A program made the translations under genes and the position numbers. A DNA stretch of 64,000 nt from Haliotis rubra (taxonomy: Eukaryota). Below, in pieces: positions 24,468 to 37,224 of the stretch; the first letter of the stretch is position 1, and each line of letters begins with the position of its first letter. The stretch lies in NCBI RefSeq assembly GCF_003918875.1, contig NW_025767332.1, forward strand, positions 1-64,000. The letters are read 5' to 3'. Under the pieces are notes generated by a model, which did no database searches, had not been told where the DNA came from, and saw nothing but the letters and a program-made list of their open reading frames with translations.

Positions 24468-24592
24468 GTGAGTGAGTGAGTTGGGTTTTACGTCGCTTTT
24501 TTCCAGCAATATCACGGCGGGGGACACCAGGAATGGGCTTCACACATTGTACCCATATGGGCAATCGAACCCGGGATACCCCCACCGCCCCT
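24468..24592 (-). mobile_element. SINE family A (internally deleted)
   Basis: Consensus match; flanked by the direct repeat acatcatttaatg. Confidence 0.85.
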
Positions 24593-25940
24593 CACATCAT
24601 TTAATGTCAACAATTCAGAATTACAGTACGCAAAATGACGTTTTGGCATAAGAAGCAAATGTCCTAATGTCACAACGTATCCTACCTCCGACTGGACATC
24701 CTGATCATTCAACTACATCCAACTCCACAGTGAATAGCTGACATACATCAAAACCAAGCAAGGACCGTCATTACTTCCTGCTTAAGGGCTTATATGCGCA
24801 GCCGCAGTGTTACATCTGTTATCTCATCTTTAACTGTGTCATGTTTGATAACAGTCAACGAATGTTTCATACACCAGTCAGATTTGTGGCCCTTAACGAT
24901 AACAAAATAGTAAAAAATATTATTAACTGCAAAATAATTGTATTTTAGAGACACTAATATCAATGCTTTAAAAATATACTATCATGTTCGGTCTTCTCCT
25001 TTCAACAGGGGAGGCGGGGTAGCCTTGTGGGTAAAGTGTTCTCTCGTCACACCGACGCGCTGAGCGTGTGCTCCGCAACTGGTGAAAACTTCACAAACAC
25101 AAGGAAAGGCGAGTCAAGTTTTCACCAAGAAACACAAGTGAACATTTGGTATAGCTAAAAATAGACATCTGTATTATTATTTTCAGTATTAATTATTATG
25201 ACTACCATAAAACGTTCTTGAAGCTTTGCTACGACCTTGAATGTTGTAGTTTAGTTTTACGCCGCTTTCAGCAATATTCAGCAATATCTTTGCGGGGGAC
25301 ATCGGGCGGTTTCATTTCTCCTTTCTATTTGTAGCTCAGGTGAATAAATTGGTATAAACAGTTACACACTTGTCTACTTGACCGTCAGTGAACGATATCA
25401 GATAGACCTGAAGCTTGAATTACACACATAAACACTACCCCTGATTTATTATCATATGTCCTGTTTTATTTATCCATCATACAGACACCAAGGTATGAAA
25501 AGAAACATTGATGGGAATTATTACCAAATCGGAAATCGAGCTGACGAAAGATAAAGGATTGTGAAGTAAATCTGACCAATCATTGCCATAACTATAAGAG
25601 TAATGCCGACTTTGCTTCTAACTACTTCCGGTGCCGGAGGTCATGACACCAGTCACGTGGTCTGAACAGGTCCGGTAGGGGGTCGACGTGAGGCTTCGGA
25701 TCCGAGGTTATCAAGCGCTGATCAGGAAGTTCCTGAGAGATCGGGTGAAAGTCGAGCAGAAAATAGCAGCAAGGTTGCTTATCCCCTGCTGTGAATGTCA
25801 TCAGCATGTTGGTTTTATTGGTCTGTCGTGCTGGTAATGTGGTTGTCACTTGTATCGATCGTATCGATCTTATCGATCTGAGACCTGCCTATTGATGGTG
25901 TCTCTTTGTGATGTAACGCCTTCGTTCCTCCTCGAGTGGA

Positions 25941-26705
25941 GCGGTGGGGGTAGCCTTATGGTTAAAGCGTCCGCTCGTCACACTGAACACTCGGGTTCGA
26001 TTCCCCACATGGGTACAATGTGTGAACAGGCCTACCAAAGAAAACTTTCCCACTGTGCAGAAAAACGCAGAAAAGCCCACATTAATCCTGGAAATAGCAA
26101 CATAAACATAATACCTCGCTACTGAAACAGTAAACACGGCAACTTTAAATCGTTAAAACTGGATAAAAAACCCGAAGATTTTGCGCATGCGCACATGGAG
26201 GAGGAAGCCTCCACCGCATGTTGACATTTTCCAGCTTGGACAAAAGTTACATTCCCTTTTTAAAGTATTTCTGTTGTGTTATTTGGCATTTATCATCATC
26301 ATACTTGTGTGCACACTTGTTTAGTTTACTTGCCATTCGTATGAAATGATTGACAGCAATTATTTCGACATATTCAATACTTTTTTCTGCGCGAAGCGAT
26401 TCACGGTTGTTCGGAAATTTTAAAGAAGCTCGGATCGTAACGCATGCGCAGTAGAGGTCAAAGTTCGGTGATGTACAAATGTTGCAGTTTCATAGTCTTT
26501 CGTTGCCGTTTTTACTGTTTCAGTAGCGAGGTATCATGTTTATGTTGCTATTTCCACGATTAATGCGTTTCTGCGTTCTTCTGCACAGTGGGAAAGTTTT
26601 CTTTGGTAGGTCTGGTGAAGCCCATTTCTGGTTGCCCCCGCCGTGATATTGCAAGGATATTGCTAAAAGCGGCGTTAGACCATACTAATTCACTCAATCA
26701 CTCAC
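25941..26705 (+). mobile_element. SINE family A split by a MITE
   Basis: 5' half 25941-26026, 3' half 26615-26705. Confidence 0.9.
26027..26614. mobile_element. 588-bp MITE with >110-bp TIRs and 5-bp TSD gtgaa
   Basis: gtgaa|caggcctaccaaagaaaactttcccactgtgcag ... ctgcacagtgggaaagttttctttggtaggtctg|gtgaa. Confidence 0.93.
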
Positions 26706-27316
26706 TCACAACAACACAGGGCGTAGTGGCGTACACAGAATATTACTGAAAGACCACACTCACTTACGCCTCCTCGACTGGTGAGTATAAGTCAAAGAAT
26801 AACCTGTGAACTACTTGTTACACTGTTAGTGTATACGAATTATCTATATCCCGTGTGATTATAGAACAATATTAAATATATATAAATATAAACGGTAACG
26901 AAGAGAACCGGGGCATTTGTAAAGGTGAAAATGTGTTGTTTTTTTCTCATAGAGTGAGTCAGAGAGTTGGTTTTACTCCGTTTTTAGGAACATTCAGGCG
27001 GTATCACCAGCAAGGGGTTTCACACATTGTACCCATTTGGGGAATAAACCCCGGGGCTTTGGTGTGACGTGCTAACGCTTTAACCTTCAGACTTTAGAAT
27101 TGGTCTTCACCAACCCATACTTGTCGTAAGAGGCTCGCTGACTTGGTTGTCACACGTCGTCGTATCTCTATTGCGTACATGGATGCTCATGATGTTGATC
27201 ACTGGATTGTCTAGTCCAGACTCGATTATTTACAGCTGGAAAACTGCTGAACGAGGCAACAACAATTTACTCGTGTTCATGCATATTTGAAGGCATTCAG
27301 TTCGACGTTACCTTAG

Positions 27317-27484
27317 TGAGTGAGTGGGTTGGGTTGGGTTTTACGCCGCTTTTAGCAATATTCCAGCAATATCACGGCAGGGGACACCAGAAAAGGGGTT
27401 TATACATTGTGCCCATGTGGGGAATCGAACCCCAGTGTTCAGTGTGACGAGCGGACGCTTTAACCACTAGTCTATCCCACGGCC
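27317..27484 (-). mobile_element. SINE family A
   Basis: Consensus match; TSD tcgacgtta(c/a)cttag. Confidence 0.9.
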
Positions 27485-27504
27485 TCGACGTTAACTTAGG
27501 GCAT

Positions 27505-30500
27505 AGAGGAATTGACTAAAGCAGTCAAAACAATGAAAAATAACAAAAGTCCTGGCATTGATGGATTTTCTATTGAATTCTTTAGATTCTTCTGGACTGA
27601 TCTAAAATTCTGGATTTACAGATGTGTAAAAGAAACTTTTGAAAGGGAACATTAACCATAACATGTAACAGAGGGGTTGTAACTTGTATACCCAAATCAA
27701 ATAAAGATAAAGTTTACTTGAAGAATCGGAGACCTATTACTCTACTCAACTGCCTTTATAAAATTATGAGCATTTCTGGTAGACTGAAAAAAAACACTGG
27801 ACTTCCTCATACACGGTAATCAAACAGGCTTTAATCCCGAAAGAAATATAAGCGAAAATACAAGGCAATTATATGATGTTCTTTTTGAAGCGAAATTATA
27901 TAACAAACCTGGTCTATTGCTCTAAATCGATTTTGAAAAAGCCTTCGCTACGGTATCCAAGAGCTTTGTCATACAGGTATTGAATAAATTTGGCTTTGGA
28001 CCCAAGATGATAACATGGGTGAAAATACTCACTCAAAACTCCACCTCTTGTGTAATACAAAATGGGCATCTTTCTTCTGTTATGAAAATGAAAGGGGCTG
28101 TCGACAAGGAGATTCTCTCTCGCCTTAATTGTTTCTTTTTGTGGCAGAAATATTAAGTAATATGATTCGTCAATGGTATAGAAAATAAACTAGGTCAGTA
28201 TGCAGACGACACCCAACTTTTTTTAGATGGAAGTGAAAATAGCTTAAGGGCCGCTATTAATACTCTTAATGCCTTTCATATAATCTCAGGTCTCAAAATG
28301 ACCATTGATAAGACCAAGGCTTTGTGGATTGGTGCAATGACAGATAGTAATGTTAGACTTTGTACAGATATTAGACTAGATTGGCATGTAGGTGACTTTG
28401 AAGTGTTAGGAATAAAACTAAACGCTCATTTAGTAAACCTTTGGGTTATCAACACAAGGAAAAGACTGGAAAATATTAACAGAATTCTTGCCACATGGCG
28501 AAAAAGATTAACTCTTATTGGTAAAATTACTGTCATTAAAACACTTGCTTTATCTACTTTAGTACATATTTCTATTGCCCTCTCGCATCCTCCCAAATCG
28601 TTTATAGATGATCTGAATAAGATATTTTTCAATTTCATTTGGGATGGCAAGAAGGATAAAATCAAGAGAGAAAACTTAGTGAGGAAACATGAGCAGGGAG
28701 GACTTAGAATGACCGATATAAAAAACTATATCAATGCTTTAAAGCTTTCACATTTGAATAAATATGTCAAGAAAAACACTTACATAGGCCTAAGCGGCAT
28801 ACCTACCAAAAACATTTTTTACATTGGGTGCAAACTTTGCTGAACACATTCAAATAAAAAAACCTTTCTGGAAAGATGTATCTGGTCAGAATATTATAGA
28901 ATACATAAAACAAATTTTGATATGGAGGACATTCTTTGTGAACCATTATGGCTTAACCACCTATTTTATGACTCTAATCTCTGCATCGATAGCTGGTTCA
29001 GGAAAGGTTTGCACTCAATCCATGATATTTGTAATGATAATGGTTTCATGAATTTTATGGAATTAAAAATGCCTTTGAACACGATTGAACAATTCTTGAA
29101 TACAGCAGAATGATTTTAAACATACCAAAGGCATGGAGAGACATCATCAAACAAATGAGTAAAAAACAGAAAATCTTGCTATTAACGCACAGCTTTCTAG
29201 CTTACTTGTAGATATAAAAGGTTCGAGATTTTACTACAACAAGTTGATTGCTACACAAAAAACTTTGCCAGTATGTCTAAAATGGCAGAGTATATTATCT
29301 TCTGATATTGACTGGAAAATGGCTTTTACAAACTTTAGAAAATGTACAAAAGACACAAAGCTTGTGGATTTTCAGTATAGATTTATTCATAGAATTATCT
29401 ATACAAACAAACTGTTTCGAATGACGCTTGTGGATAATAAGACTTGTAGTTTCTGTAAAACAGAAGATGAAGACATTTTTCATGTATATGTTGACTATCA
29501 CTGTGTCAATAACCTCTGGAAAAAGCTTGAAACAATATTGAACCAGTATGTACCCAAAGGCATTTCATTGACTAAGCAAACCATATTATTTGGACTTCCA
29601 AGCACACACACTCTCATGAATCATATTATTCTCGTTATAAAAAAATTCATTCATATTCAAAGCATTAAACAAGATAGAATTACTTTTGAAAAACTTTTGA
29701 AAATTATTAAAGACATTTTCAACATTGAGAAATATACTACCAAGAAATCCCAGACTTTATACTATAAATATACTATACATATATGTGTGTGTATATATAC
29801 TATATTCACTGACTATTTATGTACATGTATATACCTGACCTTTAACTACATCCACAGAAAATAGAGGCCTTTGGGATATATACTTGACTCACTTAAGTAC
29901 TATTCTTAATCGAAATGTGTACAACTATAATCACTACATTAATGCTTATGACATCCACTTTTTGTATACGTAGCTTCCACAGACAATAGATGCCTTGAGT
30001 GCACATACTTCACTCATGTTGGTACTATTGCTATCCGAATATGTACAACTTTTATCAGTATATTATGTATACTTTATCCACTTTCTGTACATGTATATGC
30101 CAGACATTTAACTGCTTCTATAGAAAGTACATGCCTCCCTTGCACACTTGACTCATGTTGGTACTATTGTTATCTGAATATGTACAACTATTACCAATAT
30201 AATAATGTGTACCTTATCCATTTTCTGTACATGTATATTCCAGTCCTTTATCATGTTTAACAGCTTCCACAAAATGGAGGCATTTATTGCACATACTTGA
30301 CTCGTGTTACTACTATTGCTATCTAAATATGTACCACTATTATCAATATAATAATGTGTACTATATTCACATAAACAAACATCGAGGGTACATCAACCCA
30401 TGTTCCCCTCAAGACCAGTGAACAACTTACAATGTACTACTATTCACATAAACAAACATCGAGGGTACATACAACTACTTACCAATATAATATAATAATG

Positions 30501-30876
30501 TATACTATATCCACTTTCTGTGCATGTATATGGCAGACATTCAAATGCTTCTATAGAAAAGGACCCTTTAGAGCTCTTGACATACTCTGTATTGCTATGA
30601 ATACTATTACCAAGATATTCATGTGTACCACATTCACCCTCTGTACATATATGTCAGACCTTTAACAGTTTTCTGCGTTTACAGAAAGTGGACGCTTTAG
30701 TGCATATACTTGACACACCTTAGTATTATCACTATCTGAATACGTGCAACTATTACCAATATACTCATGTGTATCATACTCACCCTAGGTACATGTAATT
30801 GTGTATTATATTCATATTCAATGTCTGTACCTGTATATGCCATGGGATGAATAAAAATTTAAAAAAAAAAAAAAAC
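27505..30876 (+). mobile_element. 5'-truncated L1/Tx1-clade LINE (dead RT + zinc knuckle, long 3' UTR, poly(A))
   Basis: KSPGIDGFSIEFF, RPITLLN, IDFEKAF, GCRQGDSLSP, QYADDT, GGLRM, CSFC...H...C; AATAAA at 30850 followed by an A-tail; 12-bp TSD aacttagggcat at 27493-27504 and 30877-30888; many stops and frameshifts. Confidence 0.95.
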
Positions 30877-31117
30877 AACTTAGGGCATCATTTGTTGATA
30901 CAAAGATATTGTAATCTCAGCTGTTTCGTCTTAATGTATTCCTTTATTGTCTGTTTCAAGATGCTTCTGAATCTCTTCATCTGTACATGCTGATTATCCA
31001 AACATGTGAATCTATTTCTAATACACGATGTTATCCGTACCTGTCATAAACTATCGATCTCTCTATTGGATGATCAGCCAGACATTTAATTAGTAAGCTT
31101 CAGCTACATCACTATCA

Positions 31118-31950
31118 CCACTGACCCGACTTCTGGCTACCCAATGTGCGCTTGTAGGTCGAGCCAACCACTGACCTGGCTTCTGGCTACCCAATGTGCG
31201 CTTGTTGGTCGAGCCAACCACTGACCTGGCTTCTGGCTATGCTGGTCAGGCCAATGTGGCTTCTGGCTACCCAATGTAGGTCGAGCCAACCACTGACCTG
31301 GCTTCTGGCTACCCAATGTGCGCTGCTGGTCGAGCCAACCACTGACCTGGCTTCTGGCTACCCAATGTGCGCTTGTAGGTCGAGCCAACCACTGACCTGG
31401 CTTCTGGCTACCCAATGTGCTGGTCGAGCCAACCACTGACCTGGCTTCTGGCTGACCAATGTGCGCTTGTAGGTCTGGCTGGCTTCTGGCTACCCAATGT
31501 GCGCTTGTAGGTCGAGCCAACCACTGACCTGGCTTCTGGCTACCCAATGTGCTTGTAGGTCGAGCCAACCACTGACCTGGCTTCTGGCTACCCAATGTGC
31601 GCTTGTAGGTCGAGCCAACCACTGACCTGGCTTCTGGCTACCCAATGTGCTGGTCGAGCCAACCACTGACCTGGCTTCTGGCTACCCAATGTGCGCTTGT
31701 AGGTCGAGCCAACCACTGACCTGGCTTCTGGCTACCCAATGTGCGCTTGTAGGTCGAGCCAACCACTGACCTGGCTTCTGGCTACCCAATGTGCGCTTGT
31801 AGGTCGAGCCAACCACTGACCTGGTTTCTGGCTACCCAATGTGCGCTTGTAGGTCGAGCCAACCACTGACCTGGCTTCTGGCTACCCAATGTGCGCTTGT
31901 AGGTCGAGGCCAACCACTGACCTGGCTTCTGGCTACCCAATGTGCGCTTG
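31118..31950. repeat. 50-bp tandem repeat, about 17 units with deletion variants
   Basis: ccaatgtgcgcttgtaggtcgagccaaccactgacctggcttctggctac. Confidence 0.97.
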
Positions 31951-32274
31951 TCTCAAATAAACCATGGCTTCATCCTTACAATACTTTAAAGTGTTTGATT
32001 GTAGGATGTGATATAGGTATATTTAATTTAATAAACCGGGGTTTTTACCCTTTGTAACGTATAATTGCGAGAACATAATCAGATTCAGACGCTGTATGAA
32101 AGTCCTAATGGAATAGTAAATGAGAAGATCCCTATCCTGGAAACATCGTTGAGAATTGGGTCTGAACTCATTAGTCCTTTCAGAATAGAATAGAAAGAAT
32201 AAAATACAATCGAATGATAACAAAAGTTGAAGTACACAAATCGAGAACACGAAAACATTGTTTGTGACTTGTAA

Positions 32275-32667
32275 GTGAAGAACCTGGGTAAGAATTGGTC
32301 TTCAGCAACCCATGCTTGTGCTAAAAGGTGACTAACAGGATTGGGTGGTAAGGGTCGCTATTCGTATCCCAATTGTGGAGATCAATGCTCATGCTGTTGA
32401 TCACGGTTTGCCTGGTCCAAACTCGATTATTTACAGATCGCTGCCTATATGGCGGCGGTCTGTAAACAATCGAGTCTGGAGCAGACAATCCAGTGATCAA
32501 CAGCATGAGCATTGATCTGCGCAACTGGGAACCGATGACATGTGTCAACCAAGTCAGCGAGCCTGACCACCCGATCCCGTTAGTCGCCTCTTACCACAAG
32601 CATAGTCGCCTTTTGTGGCAAGCATGGGTTGCTGAAGACCTATTCTACCCCAGATCTTCACGGGTCT
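32275..32667. mobile_element. Two family B SINEs fused tail-to-tail in inverted orientation
   Basis: Plus-strand copy about 32275-32445 and minus-strand copy about 32446-32667. Confidence 0.85.
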
Positions 32668-32839
32668 CGTCAATAGTAAGTAAGGTGTGCATACACAATG
32701 ATACACAGACAACAAGCATGAGCGTTAGTTCAGAAGAATACACCATGATACACTGCAGATACAATGGACTGTTAAAATAAGTGTTGGGTAATGGATAAAC
32801 AAGAGTGGCATCTTCGGTTTACACATTCTCCGTTCCATG

Positions 32840-33036
32840 CACAGACCCTCGTGTCTTTGCGAGGATTAAAGATTTATAAAATATTGTTTTTGAGATGACC
32901 CCCGACTCGAAATGCTTCACAGTACATATACATCGTGATGTATTGTACTGTGAAGCATTTCGAGTCGGGGGGTCATCTCATATTTATATATATATTTTTT
33001 TAATCTTTAATCCGCGCAAAGACACGAGGGCCTGTG
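32840..33036. mobile_element. 197-bp palindromic MITE, P-element type, 8-bp TSD
   Basis: gttccatg|cacagaccctcgtgtctttgcg ... cgcaaagacacgagggcctgtg|gttccatg; the whole element is a near-perfect hairpin. Confidence 0.9.
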
Positions 33037-33442
33037 GTTCCATGACCTTCCGACACATTGTCAAGTGAATCACAGCGTGTGTTATACTATGTTACTAGCA
33101 ACATCGAACAAGCGGACAGCAATGGTCATAAAGTAGTATTCTAACGACGCTAAAATGTGTATGATTTTCGGCAGCCTGTTAAAATTTGTAAAATCGGCTA
33201 AAATATTTGTATATTTTATACAGTGTTTTGAACCATTGGTAGTGCCTCGTCACAATACTAACGCTGTCTTGTTTACTGAGAATACTAAGATTTATAAAGA
33301 ATGAAATATCTTGACGTTGCTCGTATATGACATGCTAAAATAAATAAATCGTCATAACCATCGTAGATGAAGTCAACGTCGTGTTCAAATACCTGAATTG
33401 TTCCCCATGAAACACCAGTGCAAAACCGCACAACTACATATG

Positions 33443-33986
33443 TACAAGCGAATCCGGTAATTCCGCACGTGCGGTAATTCTGCGCAGCATTGTCTGCTCC
33501 CACATTTACGCTTGAAATCGGGACATTTCTACAAGGGACTGGCTTTCAATCAAGGTAAGTAAATAACAGTAATTGACAGCTAAGTTGACAGTTTTATGAC
33601 AATTCGTCTTCTTCAGACTTTTAAACCTTTTTCTTCATTATTCATAATTGGATTTAATATGAAACACTCTTCCTTACATTGATGAAGTGATTTTTTAAAT
33701 AATCTGGCCCTAATACGCTTCCATACGTCGGACCTCCAACTGGATGTTGTGCGCATCAGTTGCTGAGCAGTATTACCGGACAGCAGTTCGTCAGAACGCC
33801 GGTAAGGTCAACCGTATGACATAATGCAACGTTAGAATCTTACAGTCGTCAATAAAACTTATATATCTTGGTAAATACGATGCATACCAGCATGTTTAGT
33901 CACGTAAACCACAAAAAATAAGAGACCTTAGTTGCCGTGTTGCGATCGAAGTGCTTAGGTGCGCGGAATTACCGGACGGCGTTGTA
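33443..33986. mobile_element. Degenerate TA-flanked TIR element (pogo-like?)
   Basis: tacaagcgaatccggtaattccgcac vs gtgcgcggaattaccggacggcgttgta. Confidence 0.55.
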
Positions 33987-33999
33987 CCTGAACTGGAAC

Positions 34000-34725
34000 A
34001 TGAAGCACCTACGGCAATAACAGTAGAAATACCTCAATAGGATTATGAAAGACCTATGCAATAACAGTAGAAACACATCTCAATAGGATTATGAAAGACC
34101 TATGCAATAACAGTAGAAACACCTCAATAGGATTATGAAACACCTATGCAATAACAGTAGACACACCTCAAAAGGATTATGAAAGACCTATGCAATAACA
34201 GTAGACACATCTCAATAGGATTATGAAAGACCTATGCAATAACAGTAGACACACCTCAATAGGATTATGAAACACCTATGCAATAACAGTAGAAACATCT
34301 CAAAAGGATTATGAAAGACCTATGCAATAACAGTAGAAATATCTCAATAGGATTATGAAAGACCTATGCAATAACAGTAGAAACACCTCAATAGGATTAT
34401 GAAACACCTATGCAATAACAGTAGACATACCTCAATAGGATTATGAAAGACCTATGCAATAACAGTAGAAATACCTCAATAGGATTATGAAAGACCTCTG
34501 CAATAACAGTAGAAATACCTCAGTAGGATTATGAAAGACCTATGCAATAACAGTAGAAATACCTCAATAGGATTATGAAACACCTATGCAATAACATTAG
34601 ACATACATCAATAGTGTTATGAAATACCTATGCAATAACAGTAGAAATACCTCAATAGGATTATGAAACACCTATGCAATAATAGTACCAATACTTTAAT
34701 AAGATCATGAAACACTTATACAATA
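34000..34725. repeat. 44-bp tandem repeat, about 16 copies
   Basis: cctatgcaataacagtagaaacacctcaataggattatgaaaga. Confidence 0.97.
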
Positions 34726-35366
34726 TCAGTAACAATACTTCAGTTAGGGCCTGGAACACCAGTGCAACACAGTAGTAATGCCGAAAGCTATTAATAGTAC
34801 TTCAGTATTAATGGAATCACGGGAGGCAAATATTGGAAATTTTTCAAGAGGTCAAAGCGAAATTGTAGGATACAGATATCGCTTTCGAAATTATCATAGT
34901 ATATTGATCATGATTTTGTAAGAGAGAAATAATTGTACAAACATTTTCATCTTTACGTGAAACAATCGGAAATTGATCCTTTTCTCTCTCTCAGCGTCTT
35001 AAACTTTGTTGCAAATTGACGCGATTGATTCCAACAAACACTGATTGCATAATCTTTCCTTGTAGGCGATTACTTTCAATTATCAACAGTGTTAAATTTC
35101 CTCCTTCTAATTCGGACTGTCAACTTATCACCTGTAGCGTTGTGTCTTCAATGTCTATTTACAGAGTGATTGATATTGTTATAAAACTGTCTCAGTCATC
35201 CACGACTAACTCACACTGACGTCATCAAAACAACTGTTGCCAAAGTAATCACACTTGCTACAGGTGTGTCCTTTATTATTAAAATATTAATTTCCGCTGG
35301 AAAATATCTTTCCAGGGGTCTCCAGGATCTATCTACTTCCACCCTAGGTAAGTGTCAGACCTCAAA

Positions 35367-35590
35367 GGCGGTGGGGTAGCCTAGTGGTTAAAGCGTTCGC
35401 TCGTCACGCCTAAGACCTAGGTTCGATTCCCCACATGTATACAATGTGTGAAGCCCTTTTCTGGTGTGCCCCGCCGTGATATTGCTGGGATATTACCCAG
35501 GTCACTCGCTCACTCACTCTTTATTAGTTCAATTCAACTCATCTGCTGTTGGTTCGAAAAGGGCGTAAAACTAAACTCACTCACTCACTC
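35367..35590 (+). mobile_element. SINE family A (rearranged tail)
   Basis: Consensus head and body. Confidence 0.85.
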
Positions 35591-35946
35591 AGGTCTCAAT
35601 GATGATTATCTGCATCCTTCACAGTTTGAATATGGACGTGCGGAGTGCGGTCTGAAACAACAAACAAACGACAACAACATAAATATATTTTCACAGATTC
35701 CAATAAATCCCACAGCTTGTAAAATACCGTTAGATGTGCCAGGAAATGCGTCGTGAGTTTGAACCCCAAATGATTATAAACCTCGGCCAGTCAGTACCAC
35801 CTTCCATCTTTTATTGCGGCAACGTTTACAACCTCCACTACAACGACACACCTAACGCATACAACTGACGTTGTGGTAAATCAAATACAAAGCAGCGTTA
35901 TCCCAACACATTGTGTTTGAAGGTGGCACACGGTTCGAATGTTCGT

Positions 35947-36125
35947 GCGGTGGTGGGGTTGCAGAGTGGTTAAAGCGTTTGCTCGTCACACCCAATACCC
36001 GGGTTCGATTCCCCACATGGGTAAAATTATAAAGAGCATTTCTGGTGTCCCCAGCCATGATATTGCTGGAATATTGCTAAAAGGGGCATAAAAATAAACT
36101 CACTCACTCACTCACTCACTCACTC
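35947..36125 (+). mobile_element. SINE family A
   Basis: Consensus match with (tcac)n tail. Confidence 0.9.
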
Positions 36126-36484
36126 AACGCAACGGTCGTTTTGTGATGGTCAAAACAAGTGTGCTTGACCCATATGTTAGGAATTTTGCAGACCATCAAC
36201 AATTGATCCCTTTAATATGTTGAGTAGTATAGTGTTTTCAAGTATAGTGTTCTTGGATGACATCAAACTCGTAGATCTGCAAACGATTTTATTTTTACAC
36301 ATTACACGTTATATAATTATTTTAGATGTTACAATAATTTCTGTACAATACATATAAATCGATAATAGTAAATACCCTTCTGTATTCTAACTGCTCAAAA
36401 TAACATGCAAAAGAGTCCTCTATCGATCGTCTAGGTAGACACGAAAGTCCCTTAGTTTAAAATATCATACACAATCTCTAAATA

Positions 36485-36731
36485 GAGTGAGTGAGTTTAG
36501 TTTTACGCCGCACTCAGCACTATTCCAGCTATATATGGCGGCGGTCTGTACATAATCGAGTCTGGACCAGACAGTCCAGTGATCAACAGCATGAGCATCA
36601 ACCTGCGCAATTGGGAACCGATGACATGTGCCAACCAAGTCAGCGAGCCTGACCACCCGATCCCGTTAGTCGCCTCTTACGACAAGCAAGGGCTCCTAAA
36701 GGTTCATTCTAGCCCGGACCTTCACAGGTTC
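36485..36731 (-). mobile_element. SINE family B, full length
   Basis: Consensus match; variant 5' domain with compensatory changes. Confidence 0.9.
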
Positions 36732-36769
36732 TCTAATATAGAGCAGAGGCCATACTTCCTACTATATCG

Positions 36770-36935
36770 GGGCGGTGGGGTAGTCTAGTGGTTAAAGCGA
36801 TGGCTCGTCACGCCGAAGACCCGGGTTCGAATCCCCATAGGGGTACATTGTGTGAAGCCCATTTCTGGTGTCCCCCGCCGTGATGTTGCTGGAATATTGC
36901 TAAAAGCGGCGTAAAACTAAACTCAGTCAGTCAGT
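36770..36935 (+). mobile_element. SINE family A, near consensus
   Basis: A-box, B-box ggttcgaatcc, TSD cctactatatc. Confidence 0.93.
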
Positions 36936-37097
36936 CCTACTATATCACGAGCATGTGAATCAAAGAGTGATGATACCGGGTGTTCAGGTTAGCCTGTTCG
37001 GGTGGGTGTCAATAAATATAACTAACACGCATTTACCATACGATAACTGAACAGTAAGCCCTAAACATTCATTCACCGCCTTGTTTGAAGAACTTTT

Positions 37098-37222
37098 GTG
37101 AGTGAGTATGATTTTACGCCGCTTTTAGCAATTTTCCCGTAAGATCACGGCGGGGGACACCAAAAATGAGTTTCACACAATTGTACCAATGTTGGGAATC
37201 GAACCCGGGTCTTACGACAAGC
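37098..37222 (-). mobile_element. SINE family A, truncated at the satellite
   Basis: Consensus match. Confidence 0.8.
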
Positions 37223-37224
37223 AC

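Noticed and set aside
26049-26055. RSS-like heptamer CACTGTG/CACAGTG in the TIRs of the 5-bp-TSD MITE (Transib/ProtoRAG link)
   Set aside because: It is internal rather than terminal, the termini are CAG not CAC, and I see no properly spaced nonamer.
31118-31950. Tandem arrays (also 2458, 14519, 34000, 37225, 44016) as CRISPR arrays
   Set aside because: Head-to-tail units with no unique spacers, no cas genes, and a eukaryotic intron/SINE context.
36770-36842. tRNA genes (also 6255, 22203 and others)
   Set aside because: They are SINE heads: followed by conserved bodies, tails and TSDs, multi-copy, and without a proper acceptor stem.
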